Of a stretch of DNA of 64,000 nucleotides, positions 36,654-46,969 are shown piece by piece. The position numbers were made by a program, and so were the translations under genes. The notes beneath the pieces are model-generated. The model ran no database searches. It saw only the letters and a list, made by a program, of their open reading frames with translations, and had not been told where the DNA came from. The stretch spans positions 19,514-83,513 of the forward strand of contig JAGWOI010000006.1 of the NCBI GenBank assembly GCA_028870995.1, in the 5' to 3' direction. How positions within the stretch are numbered: position 1 is the stretch's first letter; every line of letters begins with the position of its first letter. Origin of the DNA: Candidatus Omnitrophota bacterium. Its GTDB lineage: Bacteria > Omnitrophota > Gorgyraeia > Zapsychrales > Fredricksoniimonadaceae.

Positions 36654-38732
36654 ATGAAAAAAACAGCCAGTAAGGTCACCTCCCTGTTTGAGCCTGCCAT
36701 TTTATGGCCGGCCGTCGCGGGGTCGTTTAAGAAATTGGATCCAAGGCATCAGATCAAAAACCCTGTGATGTTTGTAGTTTTTGTCGGAAGTCTGCTGACA
36801 ACAGGGGTATGGGTACATGCCTTGCTGGGACAGGGGGAGGCGGGCGCCGGTTTCATTTTGGCCGTCACCCTGTGGCTGTGGTTTACAATCATCTTTGCCA
36901 ATTTTGCCGAGAGCATGGCGGAAGGCCGCGGCAAGGCCCAGGCTGAAAGTTTACGTAAGGCTCGTAAAGATACCCCGGCCAAGAAATTAAATAAGCCGGA
37001 TGACCGCGGTGGCGGCTACACCGGCATTTCTGCGACTGCCCTTCAAAGCGGGGATGTGGTCCTGGTTGAGCAGGGAGATTATATCCCCATGGACGGCGAG
37101 GTCATCGAGGGGGTTGCCTCCGTCGATGAAAGCGCCATTACCGGAGAGAGTGCGCCGGTCATCCGCGAAAGCGGGGGGGACCGCTCATCGGTCACCGGCG
37201 GTACCCGTGTTCTTTCCGATTGGCTGGTGGTTAAAATTACTGCCAATCCCGGTGAAAGTTTTTTGGACCATATGATCGCCATGGTGGAGGGGGCCCGCCG
37301 GCAGAAAACCCCCAACGAAGTGGCATTGAGCATTTTGCTGACCGTATTTACGATCATTTTTCTGTTGGTCACGGTGACGCTTTTGCCGTTTTCCATTTTC
37401 AGCGTGGCGGCGGCAGGTAAGGGCACGGTAATTACGGTTACGGCCTTGGTGGCGCTGCTGGTATGCCTGATTCCTACGACAATCGGAGGCTTGCTGCCGG
37501 CCATCGGCATTGCGGGCATGGATCGCATGATCCAGGCCAACGTCATCGCCACTTCCGGCCGTGCAGTGGAGGCTGCCGGGGACGTGGATGTTTTACTCCT
37601 GGATAAAACAGGGACGGTCACCTTAGGCAACCGGCAGGCTGTGGCCTTTATGCCGACCAAAGGCGTCAGCATTGAGACGCTGGCGGATACCGCGCAACTG
37701 TCGTCGCTGTCTGATGAAACGCCCGAGGGCCGCAGCATTGTGGTCCTGGCCAAACGTTATGGGATCAGGGAAAGGCAGACCCAGGAGATGGGTGCCCATT
37801 TTATCCCTTTCAGTGCCCAGACACGGATGAGCGGGGTGGATTTAGGGACTAATCGCCAGATCAGGAAGGGGTCGGTGGATGCCATCGAAAGCTACGTGAA
37901 AAAAGCCGGAGGCATCTTTCCCGATGATCTAAAATCAGCCATTGAAACCATTTCAAAGGGGGGAGGCACGCCCCTGGTTGTAGCCGAGAACCAGCGTGTT
38001 CTGGGTGTCATCCAATTGAAAGACATCATCAAGGGCGGTATCAGGGAGCGTTTTGCGGAATTGCGCCGCATGGGCATCAAGACCGTCATGATCACCGGGG
38101 ACAATCCGCTGACGGCGGCGGCCATTGCTGCGGAAGCCGGTATGGACGATTTCCTAGCCCAGGCGACACCGGAAACTAAATTAAAACTGATCCGTGACAT
38201 GCAGACCGGCGGACGTCTGGTGGCCATGACCGGCGACGGGACCAATGACGCACCCGCCCTGGCCCAGGCAGATGTGGCCGTGGCTATGAACACCGGCACC
38301 CAGGCCGCCAAAGAGGCCGGCAACATGGTGGATTTGGATTCTAATCCCACCAAGTTGATCGAGGTCGTTAAGATCGGCAAGCAGCTGCTCATCACGCGGG
38401 GGGCATTGACCACCTTTAGTATTGCCAACGATGTTTCCAAATATTTCGCCATTATTCCGGCGGCGTTTGCGGGGACCTATCCGGCGCTGAGGGCGCTGAA
38501 CGTGATGCATTTGACAACCCCGCAAAGCGCCATATTGTCCGCCGTGATTTTTAATGCCCTGATCATTATTTTGCTTATCCCCTTGTCTTTGTTCGGCATT
38601 CCCTACCGTCCCCTGCCGGCCAACCGTTTGTTGAGGGATAATTTATTGATTTACGGTCTGGGCGGTTTCGTTGCGCCGTTTGTGGGGATTAAAATGATCG
38701 ATATGTTATTGGCGGCACTGCATTGGGTGTAA
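36654..38732 (+). CDS. kdpB: Potassium-transporting ATPase subunit B (P-type ATPase)
   Basis: It has DKTGTVT(LGN), [20 protein letters not shown] and TGES-like motifs. The KdpB-typical N-terminus ([21 protein letters not shown]) is also present. Confidence 0.95.
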   Translation: MKKTASKVTSLFEPAILWPAVAGSFKKLDPRHQIKNPVMFVVFVGSLLTTGVWVHALLGQGEAGAGFILAVTLWLWFTIIFANFAESMAEGRGKAQAESLRKARKDTPAKKLNKPDDRGGGYTGISATALQSGDVVLVEQGDYIPMDGEVIEGVASVDESAITGESAPVIRESGGDRSSVTGGTRVLSDWLVVKITANPGESFLDHMIAMVEGARRQKTPNEVALSILLTVFTIIFLLVTVTLLPFSIFSVAAAGKGTVITVTALVALLVCLIPTTIGGLLPAIGIAGMDRMIQANVIATSGRAVEAAGDVDVLLLDKTGTVTLGNRQAVAFMPTKGVSIETLADTAQLSSLSDETPEGRSIVVLAKRYGIRERQTQEMGAHFIPFSAQTRMSGVDLGTNRQIRKGSVDAIESYVKKAGGIFPDDLKSAIETISKGGGTPLVVAENQRVLGVIQLKDIIKGGIRERFAELRRMGIKTVMITGDNPLTAAAIAAEAGMDDFLAQATPETKLKLIRDMQTGGRLVAMTGDGTNDAPALAQADVAVAMNTGTQAAKEAGNMVDLDSNPTKLIEVVKIGKQLLITRGALTTFSIANDVSKYFAIIPAAFAGTYPALRALNVMHLTTPQSAILSAVIFNALIIILLIPLSLFGIPYRPLPANRLLRDNLLIYGLGGFVAPFVGIKMIDMLLAALHWV

Positions 38733-38814
38733 GGAAGGCCGCTTAACTAAAGAATTAAGGGCAGCGGTATATGTTCTGGAACAAGATTTTTAAGTCTTCA
38801 AGGAGGAGCCTGAC

Positions 38815-39393
38815 GTGTTTTTTGTACAATTAAGAACCGCACTAATCGCGTTTATTTTGTTTTCCATTATCACCGGCGTTCTTTATCCGTTGATGGTGAC
38901 GGGGATTGCTCAGACCCTGTTTCACGAAAAGGCGCAGGGCAGCCTGATCCGTTCCAGCCATGGAAAAATATTAGGATCGTCCCTGATAGGCCGGAATTTC
39001 AGCGATCCGAAGTATTTCTGGGGAAGGCTCTCCGCCGCGACTCCCGCCTATAATGCTTCTGCTTCTTCAGGTTCCAATCTGGGGCCTTCCAATCCGGCAC
39101 TTCTCGAGGAGGTCAAAGCCAGGATCGCCGCCCTTAAAAGGGTTGATCCCGGCAATCATGATCCCATTCCTGTGGATTTGGTGACTTCTTCGGGCAGCGG
39201 CTTGGACCCTCATATCAGCCCTGCGGCAGCGCTCTATCAATTGGACCGGGTGGCCAGGGCGAGGAGGTTGACACCGGCCGAAGTCCAAGGCATTGTCGAT
39301 CAACACACTCAAGCCCGTTTTTTAGGACTATTGGGCGAGCCGGTGGTCAACGTCCTTGAAGTGAATCTCGCCTTGGATCGATATAAAAAATAA
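38815..39393 (+). CDS. kdpC: Potassium-transporting ATPase subunit C (GTG start)
   Basis: It has an N-terminal TM, then a periplasmic domain with KdpC-typical motifs (GSNLGPSNPAL, SGSGLDPHISPAAA). Its RBS is AAGGAGGAG. Confidence 0.85.
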   Translation: MFFVQLRTALIAFILFSIITGVLYPLMVTGIAQTLFHEKAQGSLIRSSHGKILGSSLIGRNFSDPKYFWGRLSAATPAYNASASSGSNLGPSNPALLEEVKARIAALKRVDPGNHDPIPVDLVTSSGSGLDPHISPAAALYQLDRVARARRLTPAEVQGIVDQHTQARFLGLLGEPVVNVLEVNLALDRYKK

Positions 39394-39429
39394 TGCTACA
39401 GACTTCTAAATGAAGTAATATAGAGGGCA

Positions 39430-42087
39430 ATGGAACGAGCCGAACGAATGGATAGACCGGACCCGGATGTCCTGTTGGCCAGGGTTAAGGCTGAAGATCA
39501 CCGCGGCAAGCTGAAGATTTTTTTCGGCATGTGCCCGGGCGTGGGCAAGACCTATGCCATGCTTCAGGAGGCGCGCCAGCGCCAGGCTGAAGGGTTCCGG
39601 GTGATGGTGGGGGTAGCCATGACCCATGGCCGGCCCGAGACCCAGGCTTTGTTGGAAGGCCTGGAGCAGGTGCCTTTGAAGAAAGTGAATTACCGCGGTA
39701 TCACGCTTGAGGAAATGGACATCGACGAAATACTCAAGCGCCATCCTCAGCTGGTCCTTGTCGACGAACTGGCCCATACCAACGCGCCCGGAAGCCGGCA
39801 TCCCAAGCGCTATCAGGATGTCTTAGAAATCCTTGCCGCTGACATTGATGTCTTTTCGACCCTTAACGTGCAGCATGTGGACAGCCGCCGGGAAGATATC
39901 CTGGCGGTGACCCGCATTTCCGTCGGAGAAACGGTGCCGGACACTGTTCTGGACGAAGCTTCCGAGATCACCTTGGTCGACCTCTCACCCCAGGCCTTGC
40001 ATCAGCGCCTGGCCGAAGGCAAGGTGTATGTGCCTGACCAGGCCAAGGCCGCAGCGGTCAATTTTTTTAAAACTGAAAATCTTACCGCTTTGCGTGAAAT
40101 GGCCTTGCGCCTGACCACGGCTCATGTCAATCGTAACCTGCGTTCCCTGATGATGGCCAAGGGGCTTTCCGGTCCTTTTAAAAGCGGGGAACGCATCCTT
40201 GTTGCCGTCGGCGTAACACCCTATTCGGAGTCTTTGATCCGCATGACCCGCCGCTGGGCCGGTATGCTGGACGCTTCCTGGATCGCCTTGCATGTGGAAA
40301 GCTCTATGCCGCTTTCCGAAGAGCATAAAGAGCGGCTGATGAAGAATTTGACCCTTGCCCGGCAGCTGGGCGCGGAGATCATCCACCGGCTGGGCGATGA
40401 CCTGGCCCAGGTCATCGTGGACGTGGCCAATAAAGAGAATGTCACGCAGATCATTTGCGGCAAGTCGGTGGAAACCAAATGGCAGCGCCTGTGGGGGATC
40501 CCCACACTCGCCGACCGGCTGGTTGAGTTAAGCGGCCAGATCGACGTGCACATGGTGCGCATGTCCTCGGTGGAAAAGAATTTTCCTGCCAAACCGCAGG
40601 AACTCTTTTACAAACTCAGGCCGCGCGAATACGGTATCAGCTTTTTGATGTTTGCCATCGCGACGGTCGTCAACCTTATTTTGCAGTCCTGGGTCGGATA
40701 TGAGGCCACAGGACTTATTTATTTGTTGACCGTGGTCTTAAGCGGTTCTTTCCTGGGGCGAAGTGCGGCTTTTATGCTCGCGGCGTTAAGCGCCCTGGCC
40801 TGGGATTTCCTGTTCATCCCTCCCAAATTCATGCTGACCTTCCGCAGCAGCTATGACATGGGACTTTTGGGGATGTTTTTTATCACCGGTTTGATGATGG
40901 GCTATGTCACCTCAAAGCTCCGCCGGCAGAAGGAAATCGAGCAGAAACAGCGGCAGCGTTCCGAATCCTTGTATGAGCTGACCAAGGCCCTGGCCCTGAG
41001 CACGGACATCACCCAGGCCATGCGTGTGGCCACGGCCCAGATCAATTTGCTTTTGTCATCTTTAAGCATGGTTTTTATGTTGGACGAGAACGAACAGCCT
41101 GTTTTTGCCCATCCCATCGGTGATGTGATTGAGATGACGGAAAACCAGAAGGGCATGGTCCAATGGGTGGCCGCCAATAAGAAGGCCGCCGGCCGTTTCT
41201 CGGACACCCTGCCGCAGCAACCCCTGATGTATCTGCCTTTGATGTCCTCGGGCCAGGTCAGGGCGGTGGCGGTGATCAAGCTTTTAAACGAGAAACCGCT
41301 GGATCTGGCGCAGCGGACCCTGCTGGAATCGTTCACGGCGCTCATGACCGTCATGCTGGAAAAGGACCAGCTGCTTAAAATTTCCCATGAAGCCAAGATG
41401 AAGGAGGACACCCAGAATTTGCAAAGCGCTCTTCTTGACAACCTGTCGCATGAACTAAAGACACCGTTGACGATCATTTCCGGTTATCTGGACGCGCTGA
41501 TTTTGTTTCATCAATGGCCCAAGGATGCCCTGGAGCTTTTGGAAGAGTGCCGTCTGGCCTGCCTGCGCTTGACCAACGGGGTGGATGCGGTGCTGGATCT
41601 GACCAAGCTGGATGTGGGCAATCTGCGGCCTAATTTTGCCTGGTGCGAGGTCAAGGATATCGTCACCCAGGCCCTCAAGCAGGTGGGTACGCCGGCTGAT
41701 GAAAAGCGTATTCAGGTGGATTATCCCCAAGGGCCGCTGTACGCAAACGCCGATTTTTATATGATTACGCAGGCTTTGAAGAATATCATCCATAATGCCC
41801 TGATCCACGGTCCGGAAGGCGAGGATATCTATATCCATGTCCGCGTGATCGACCAAAAAATCCGTATCAGTGTCATAGACCAGGGCGAAGGTATTTCCAA
41901 GGAAACCTTGAATAAAATCTTCGATAAATTTTATCGCGGGTCCAAAACCAGGAAAGGCGGTCTTGGGTTGGGGTTGTCCATCGCGCGGCGGTTCGTTCAG
42001 TTGAATGAAGGCGAGATCGAGGCCGAAAATCTTTCTCCCCAAGGTTTCATGGTGACCATCACCCTGCCGATGGTCGAAAAAGAATAA
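39430..42087 (+). CDS. kdpD: Sensor histidine kinase KdpD
   Basis: The N-terminal KdpD domain has a Walker A motif (GMCPGVGKTYAM). A USP-like domain, four TM segments and a GAF-like region follow. HisKA carries SHELKTPLTII, and a HATPase_c domain completes it. Confidence 0.9.
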   Translation: MERAERMDRPDPDVLLARVKAEDHRGKLKIFFGMCPGVGKTYAMLQEARQRQAEGFRVMVGVAMTHGRPETQALLEGLEQVPLKKVNYRGITLEEMDIDEILKRHPQLVLVDELAHTNAPGSRHPKRYQDVLEILAADIDVFSTLNVQHVDSRREDILAVTRISVGETVPDTVLDEASEITLVDLSPQALHQRLAEGKVYVPDQAKAAAVNFFKTENLTALREMALRLTTAHVNRNLRSLMMAKGLSGPFKSGERILVAVGVTPYSESLIRMTRRWAGMLDASWIALHVESSMPLSEEHKERLMKNLTLARQLGAEIIHRLGDDLAQVIVDVANKENVTQIICGKSVETKWQRLWGIPTLADRLVELSGQIDVHMVRMSSVEKNFPAKPQELFYKLRPREYGISFLMFAIATVVNLILQSWVGYEATGLIYLLTVVLSGSFLGRSAAFMLAALSALAWDFLFIPPKFMLTFRSSYDMGLLGMFFITGLMMGYVTSKLRRQKEIEQKQRQRSESLYELTKALALSTDITQAMRVATAQINLLLSSLSMVFMLDENEQPVFAHPIGDVIEMTENQKGMVQWVAANKKAAGRFSDTLPQQPLMYLPLMSSGQVRAVAVIKLLNEKPLDLAQRTLLESFTALMTVMLEKDQLLKISHEAKMKEDTQNLQSALLDNLSHELKTPLTIISGYLDALILFHQWPKDALELLEECRLACLRLTNGVDAVLDLTKLDVGNLRPNFAWCEVKDIVTQALKQVGTPADEKRIQVDYPQGPLYANADFYMITQALKNIIHNALIHGPEGEDIYIHVRVIDQKIRISVIDQGEGISKETLNKIFDKFYRGSKTRKGGLGLGLSIARRFVQLNEGEIEAENLSPQGFMVTITLPMVEKE

Positions 42088-42088
42088 A

Positions 42089-42775
42089 ATGTCCAAGGGT
42101 ACCGTTCTCGTTATTGATGACGAACCTCAGATCCAGAAAATGCTGGGGATCATTCTGGCGCATGCGGATTATGATGTGGTCCATGCCGATAACGGCGAGA
42201 AAGGGTTAGCCGCCGTTGCCTATAAGAAGCCCCAGGCCGTGCTCCTGGACATGGGGTTGCCGGACATGGAAGGATTCGATGTGCTGCTGCGCATCCGGGA
42301 ATTCAGCGATCCGGCGGTCATCGTTGTTTCCGTGCAGGGGCAGGAGGCGATCAAGGTCAAATGTCTGGAGAACGGTGCGGACGACTACATCACCAAGCCG
42401 TTTTCCGCCTTGGAACTTACCGCCAGGCTTTCCGCCGTATTGCGCCGGAAAGCATCCTCTGGTATTATGGAGGATGTCTTTGATAATGCAGGCTTGAGGG
42501 TGGAATTCAATTCACGGGGAGTGACGCTTAACGGCAAGCCGCTTAAACTGACTTCCATTGAATATAACTTATTATCATTGTTGATAAAAAATACAGGCCG
42601 TGTACTGACCGTGCGGCAGATTTTAAAGGAAGTTTGGGCCACAGACAATGAAGAAAGGGCTAATTCCGTCCGCGTTTATTTAAATCACCTGCGACAGAAA
42701 ATCGAAGACAATCCAGCCGTTCCTGCACGGATCATCAACGAACCGGGCATCGGATACCGTTTTAATTTGCTTTGA
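42089..42775 (+). CDS. kdpE: OmpR-family response regulator KdpE
   Basis: It has a REC domain (VLVIDDEPQ...VLLDMGLPDMEG) and a winged-helix output domain ending ...GIGYRF. Confidence 0.85.
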   Translation: MSKGTVLVIDDEPQIQKMLGIILAHADYDVVHADNGEKGLAAVAYKKPQAVLLDMGLPDMEGFDVLLRIREFSDPAVIVVSVQGQEAIKVKCLENGADDYITKPFSALELTARLSAVLRRKASSGIMEDVFDNAGLRVEFNSRGVTLNGKPLKLTSIEYNLLSLLIKNTGRVLTVRQILKEVWATDNEERANSVRVYLNHLRQKIEDNPAVPARIINEPGIGYRFNLL

Positions 42776-42797
42776 ATGGGGAAACTGCCGAGTAAAT

Positions 42798-43688
42798 ATG
42801 CCTCCGTATAATTATCAGCGCTCTGAATCCGAGAAGAAATTCTTGGCTGGAATTCCTGTCGACCCCTCGCCCCGTATCCGCCTGGAAGCGGGGAGCCGTG
42901 AGTTGACCATGCGTGCGATGGACCTCATCTGTCCCATCGGAATGGGGCAGCGGGGACTGATCGTGGCCCCGCCCGGTTCAGGTAAGACCACTTTCTTGAA
43001 GCATATCTGCCAGGCGGTCTCGTCCGGCACTCCGCAGGTCAAGCTTTATTGCTTGTTGATCGACGAGCGTCCTGAAGAAGTGACGGATTTCAAAAGATCG
43101 GTCCCGGGAGAGATTCATTACTCTTCCACGGACCAAAGCTATGAGCACCATATCGAGACCGCTGACAAATTGATGGCTCACGCCTTCCGTGAGGCTGCAG
43201 CCGGCGGGGATGTGATGGTGGTCATTGATTCATTGACCAGGCTGGCCCGGGTTCATAATGCCCAAAGGCCTTCCAGCGGCCGCACCATCTCCGGCGGCAT
43301 CGATGCCCGCGCCCTTGAGGTGCCCCGCCGCATTTTCGGTTCCGCCCGCAAGATTGAAGAGGGCGGGTCGCTCTCCATCCTGGCCACGGTATTGATCGAG
43401 ACCGGAAGCCGCATGGATGAGGTCATTTTTGAAGAATTCAAGGGCACGGGTAACATGGAAATCGTGCTTTCCCGCGCCATCGCTAATCACCGCATTTTTC
43501 CGGCCATTGACATCGGCAAAAGCGCCACCCGCAAACAGGAATTGTTGCTGGACCCTGAAGAATGCCTCCAAGTCAACAAACTCAGGCGTTCCCTGGCATC
43601 GATGACACCCATAGAAGCCGCCCAGGCCCTGGTCAAAAGACTTAGCGCAGTTCCCACCAATAAAGAGTTCCTGGCCGCATTCAATTGA
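42798..43688 (+). CDS. Rho termination-factor-like protein that contains only the Rho C-terminal ATPase (RecA-like) domain. It lacks the N-terminal RNA-binding/OB-fold domain.
   Basis: Over about 290 aa it resembles the C-terminal two-thirds of Rho. It has Walker A (GQRGLIVAPPGSGKTT), LLIDERPEEVTD, a Q/R-loop region (TGSRMDEVIFEEFKGTGNMEI), RIFPAID and the arginine finger region. The kdpE stop lies only 22 nt upstream, so there is no room for an N-terminal domain. Confidence 0.7.
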   Translation: MPPYNYQRSESEKKFLAGIPVDPSPRIRLEAGSRELTMRAMDLICPIGMGQRGLIVAPPGSGKTTFLKHICQAVSSGTPQVKLYCLLIDERPEEVTDFKRSVPGEIHYSSTDQSYEHHIETADKLMAHAFREAAAGGDVMVVIDSLTRLARVHNAQRPSSGRTISGGIDARALEVPRRIFGSARKIEEGGSLSILATVLIETGSRMDEVIFEEFKGTGNMEIVLSRAIANHRIFPAIDIGKSATRKQELLLDPEECLQVNKLRRSLASMTPIEAAQALVKRLSAVPTNKEFLAAFN

Positions 43689-43775
43689 TTTTTAATATTG
43701 ATTTCATGTTCCATTCATTTTTCCTCTGCTAAGGTAACCGCTGTAAAAAACAGCCCTAGTTAAAGGAGGGATATT

Positions 43776-43919
43776 ATGAAAAACAGGACTGCGGTCAAGC
43801 AACGCGAACGCCGTATTAAAACCTCGAATTGGACTCATGAGGACATGGAAGATGAGGATGATTTCCTTGGAACCAAGCTTCCCAAGGATTTATCGGACGA
43901 TTGGGAAGAGGAGGAATAA
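43776..43919 (+). CDS. Small, highly charged hypothetical protein (47 aa)
   Basis: An AAAGGAGGG RBS sits 6 nt upstream. The translation is MKNRTAVKQRERRIKTSNWTHEDMEDEDDFLGTKLPKDLSDDWEEEE, a basic N-terminus followed by an acidic tail. It is below the ORF-track length cutoff. Confidence 0.25.
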   Translation: MKNRTAVKQRERRIKTSNWTHEDMEDEDDFLGTKLPKDLSDDWEEEE

Positions 43920-43925
43920 ACGATT

Positions 43926-46055
43926 TTATCGGCGGAACGGCCGCTTCCATTGAGCAGCCATGGGCATGACAAACAGGGCCGTCATGGCTGCGATGATCGT
44001 CCCAAAAACAACGGTGGCTCCGAACCGTTGTGTTGAAGGAAATTCGGAGAACATAAATATACCGAAGCCCAGGACCATCACCAAGGTGAAGGTCAGCACC
44101 GGTTGCCAAAAGCGGTGCCTGATCCGGTCCCAAGCTTCGGTATTTTTATGTTCCGGGTATTTTTGTCGCCGGTAGGCCCTGACCATATGGATCATCGAAT
44201 CGATGCCGAGCCCCAGGGCGATGTTGCAGGCCGGAGCTGAAATGACGTCCAGGGGAACGCGCAGCCATCCGATCACGCCCAAAACGATGACGGGGATGAC
44301 ACAAATGCTTAAGCTGATGGCCAGGGCGATCTTGAAGGACCTTGATACCACCAGCGCGATGATCGAGAAAATAAGGATCAATTGTCCCAGACCGAAGACG
44401 ATGCTGGAAGCGACCAGTTGGCTTAAATGCCCCTGCAGGCAGTAAATGCCGCCCACCAGACTGAGCTCAAAGCCGTCGCTCCTGACAATCTTTTTAATTT
44501 GCCTGATCACGTCTAACCTTGATGTCCGGGGCTGGGACTCCTTCATGCGCAGTAAAAAAAGTCCCTGGCGATGGTCGTCGGTGATAAAACTCCTGGCAAT
44601 GCCGCTGAATTGAGGATACTTCAGGATGTCCAGGAGGCTTTTATAGGACAACAGGGAGGCCAATAAGGGGCGTTTGGCTTCCGCTATTAAGACGGGAAGG
44701 GAAATAACGCTCCCGACCTGGTCATAACTCTCCAGGTCCTTTTGCAGCGCCCAAAGTTTCCGGTACGAGGGGACTGTATCCAGTTTCTCTCCCGAGAGTG
44801 ATTTGATGACCAGGATCAGGGGGCTGCTGCCCCCGTGATGATCAATGTAGACTAAGGATTTTTCAAGAGGGCTGCCGGCCTGGAAGAAGGAAAATAAACT
44901 GGGGTCGGTATTGGCCCGCCACGCACCAGGCAAAGCCGCGCAGAACAGGATAAAAATAATGACGACGGTACGGTTCCGCTGCCGTTCCAGGAAGCGTCCG
45001 ATTTTTTCCTGGTAACGGTCAAGCATGTTGTCCTTTGAAATGGCACCTGGGACAAGGCGCAAAAAAGCAGGATAGATCCCATAAGCCACGGTTATGGCCA
45101 CTACGGCGCCGGTGATGCCGCCGGCACCTAATTCCTTCAAAGGCTGCGCCGGGACGAAAATGAGGCTGAGGAAACCAAGCAAGGTGGTCGTCATGCTCCA
45201 GAACGAGGGAGAAAAAGTCAGGCGCATGGCTTCCTCAACGGGAGAGGCATGGTCCTCATGGGAGAGCACAAATTTCCAGTTGTAGGTGAAGAAAATGATA
45301 TGGGACAGGGTGATGACAAAAACGATGGTGGCCAAATTGGCGGTCAACAGGCCGATCTTGATGCCGAACATGTGCGTGATCATCAGGGTCCACATGGAAG
45401 CGCTGACGCAGCTGACCACCGCTCCCAAAACGATGCCGGGGGAACGGAAAATGAAAAGGGTGATAAGGCCGAATATGACAAGCACCAGAAGGCTGAAAAC
45501 ACGAATGTCCTTAAGCAGGTGGCGGCTGATCAATTCCACGATATAGGGCGGTCCGGACATCACCAAATAAAAATCATCGGCGGAATACCGGTTGACCAGG
45601 CGCACAATGGCGGGAATCGCCTTTTGGGAGTAGGAGGCATTAAGTAGGACGATAATGTTGGTGGACTTTTTATCCCGGGCGATCAAAAGCCTTTTCCATA
45701 AGGGGCCGTTGAAGGCGTCTTGCAGGCTGCTGGGACCCATGGTTATGCTTTTGACTCCCGTGACGCCTCCCAGCCTGGAGAGTCCCAGGCTTAAGTCCTG
45801 AACATTGTTTTGGTAGGTCTTGCTTTTAACGTCTCCGGAGGCGTTGATGATGAGCAGGGAATCCCTGCGTTTGAACAAATGGGAGATTTTTTTCTCATCC
45901 TGGAATTCAGGGTCGTGATTGGAAAAGAAGAAATTATTGTCAACACGGGGAACAAGGTTGACATATTTAAAAAGAACCACGGCGCTGATGATCATCAGCG
46001 CGATGAACACCCATGCTTCCTGGCTTAAGCGGGTTAGGCGGATCATCGTGTACAT
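43926..46055 (-). CDS. MMPL/RND-superfamily membrane transporter (predicted exporter)
   Basis: It is a 709-aa protein with two blocks of about six TM helices, each followed by a periplasmic loop. This is the MMPL/HpnN-like topology. Confidence 0.65.
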   Translation of the reverse strand: MYTMIRLTRLSQEAWVFIALMIISAVVLFKYVNLVPRVDNNFFFSNHDPEFQDEKKISHLFKRRDSLLIINASGDVKSKTYQNNVQDLSLGLSRLGGVTGVKSITMGPSSLQDAFNGPLWKRLLIARDKKSTNIIVLLNASYSQKAIPAIVRLVNRYSADDFYLVMSGPPYIVELISRHLLKDIRVFSLLVLVIFGLITLFIFRSPGIVLGAVVSCVSASMWTLMITHMFGIKIGLLTANLATIVFVITLSHIIFFTYNWKFVLSHEDHASPVEEAMRLTFSPSFWSMTTTLLGFLSLIFVPAQPLKELGAGGITGAVVAITVAYGIYPAFLRLVPGAISKDNMLDRYQEKIGRFLERQRNRTVVIIFILFCAALPGAWRANTDPSLFSFFQAGSPLEKSLVYIDHHGGSSPLILVIKSLSGEKLDTVPSYRKLWALQKDLESYDQVGSVISLPVLIAEAKRPLLASLLSYKSLLDILKYPQFSGIARSFITDDHRQGLFLLRMKESQPRTSRLDVIRQIKKIVRSDGFELSLVGGIYCLQGHLSQLVASSIVFGLGQLILIFSIIALVVSRSFKIALAISLSICVIPVIVLGVIGWLRVPLDVISAPACNIALGLGIDSMIHMVRAYRRQKYPEHKNTEAWDRIRHRFWQPVLTFTLVMVLGFGIFMFSEFPSTQRFGATVVFGTIIAAMTALFVMPMAAQWKRPFRR

Positions 46056-46188
46056 CTTATTACAAAAAACGGTGGAGTCAAGGCCGGCCCGACGGAAAAG
46101 ATCCGTCCTGCTAAAGCATTAATTTTTATTTCATCTTATTTTCATCTTGGCTTTGATAAATTGTAGAAGGAAATTTCAAGGGGGATTT

Positions 46189-46617
46189 ATGAAGGCAATC
46201 GCGGTGTTGCTTGCGTTGATGTTGAGTTGGCTTCTGCCGGCTGTCACGGCATTTGCGTTGAATGTACAGCGGTCCGTTGAGCTTACCGGAGCCTACGCGT
46301 CGCCCTATCCGCCGGTCTTAAGCCCGGCCCTCGAAAGGCTTCCGCCTGGGGCGGTGACGGTCAATGCCGGTAATGTTATTTTTTATTACGCCCATGGGGT
46401 GTTCTACCAGAAAGTCATGCTGGATCAAAAATACGTCATTGTCCCGCCCCCGATAGGGGCGGTGGTTTATGCCATTCCGCCGGGTTGGGCCTATGTTTTT
46501 ATCGACGGCATTTCTTATTATGTGTCAGGAGGTGTTTATTATGAACGGCGGTTGGAAGGCTACAGGGTTGCTTATCCGCCGGTAGCTTACCTGCCGGGGC
46601 CGGCCGGGGCTTTTTGA
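46189..46617 (+). CDS. Secreted Tyr/Pro-rich hypothetical protein. I moved the start to the ATG at 46189, which follows a GGGGG RBS.
   Basis: It has a signal peptide (MKAIAVLLALMLSWLLPAVTAFA). The mature region is rich in Y/P/G (YYxxGVYY). Confidence 0.4.
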   Translation: MKAIAVLLALMLSWLLPAVTAFALNVQRSVELTGAYASPYPPVLSPALERLPPGAVTVNAGNVIFYYAHGVFYQKVMLDQKYVIVPPPIGAVVYAIPPGWAYVFIDGISYYVSGGVYYERRLEGYRVAYPPVAYLPGPAGAF

Positions 46618-46631
46618 AGGAAGGAGCAGCA

Positions 46632-46937
46632 TTGAGAGTAGGCCATTGTCTTTTAATAGGGTTGATGACGTTGCTTTTGCCCATGAGCGCCTTCGGACTC
46701 GATGTGACTAAAAGCGTACAGGGGACTGTTAAGAATTTCGGTGCATCGTGGCTTGAGATCATCGGTGTACCCGTTAGTCGGGATATCCGGTTCGCCGTTG
46801 ATGCCAATACCGTTTATAACAATGTTCAAAAATTATTCGAGCTTAAAGCCGGAGAATTGGTCCAGGTCCAGTATCAAAAGGTCAACGGAGAAAATTTGGC
46901 TGTTTCAGTGACAAAAATGGAATTGGAACGCTTATAA
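46632..46937 (+). CDS. Small secreted protein, paralogue of the ORF at 4903..5250. I prefer the TTG start at 46632 after an AAGGAAGGAG RBS; the ORF-track start is at 46614.
   Basis: It has a signal peptide (..HCLLIGLMTLLLPMSAFG). The mature part aligns with the 4903 protein (GTV...ELKAGELVQVQYQKVNGEN compared with ...EIANGDPVEIQYTSAEGKN). Confidence 0.4.
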   Translation: MRVGHCLLIGLMTLLLPMSAFGLDVTKSVQGTVKNFGASWLEIIGVPVSRDIRFAVDANTVYNNVQKLFELKAGELVQVQYQKVNGENLAVSVTKMELERL

Positions 46938-46969
46938 CAAGTTTTTTGCTATTGAGGGAGGAGAGGCAG

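Noticed and set aside
38733-38814. Short ORF (about 20 aa) in the kdpB-kdpC spacer
   Set aside because: It has no RBS and runs into the kdpC start region. It is most likely a chance frame.
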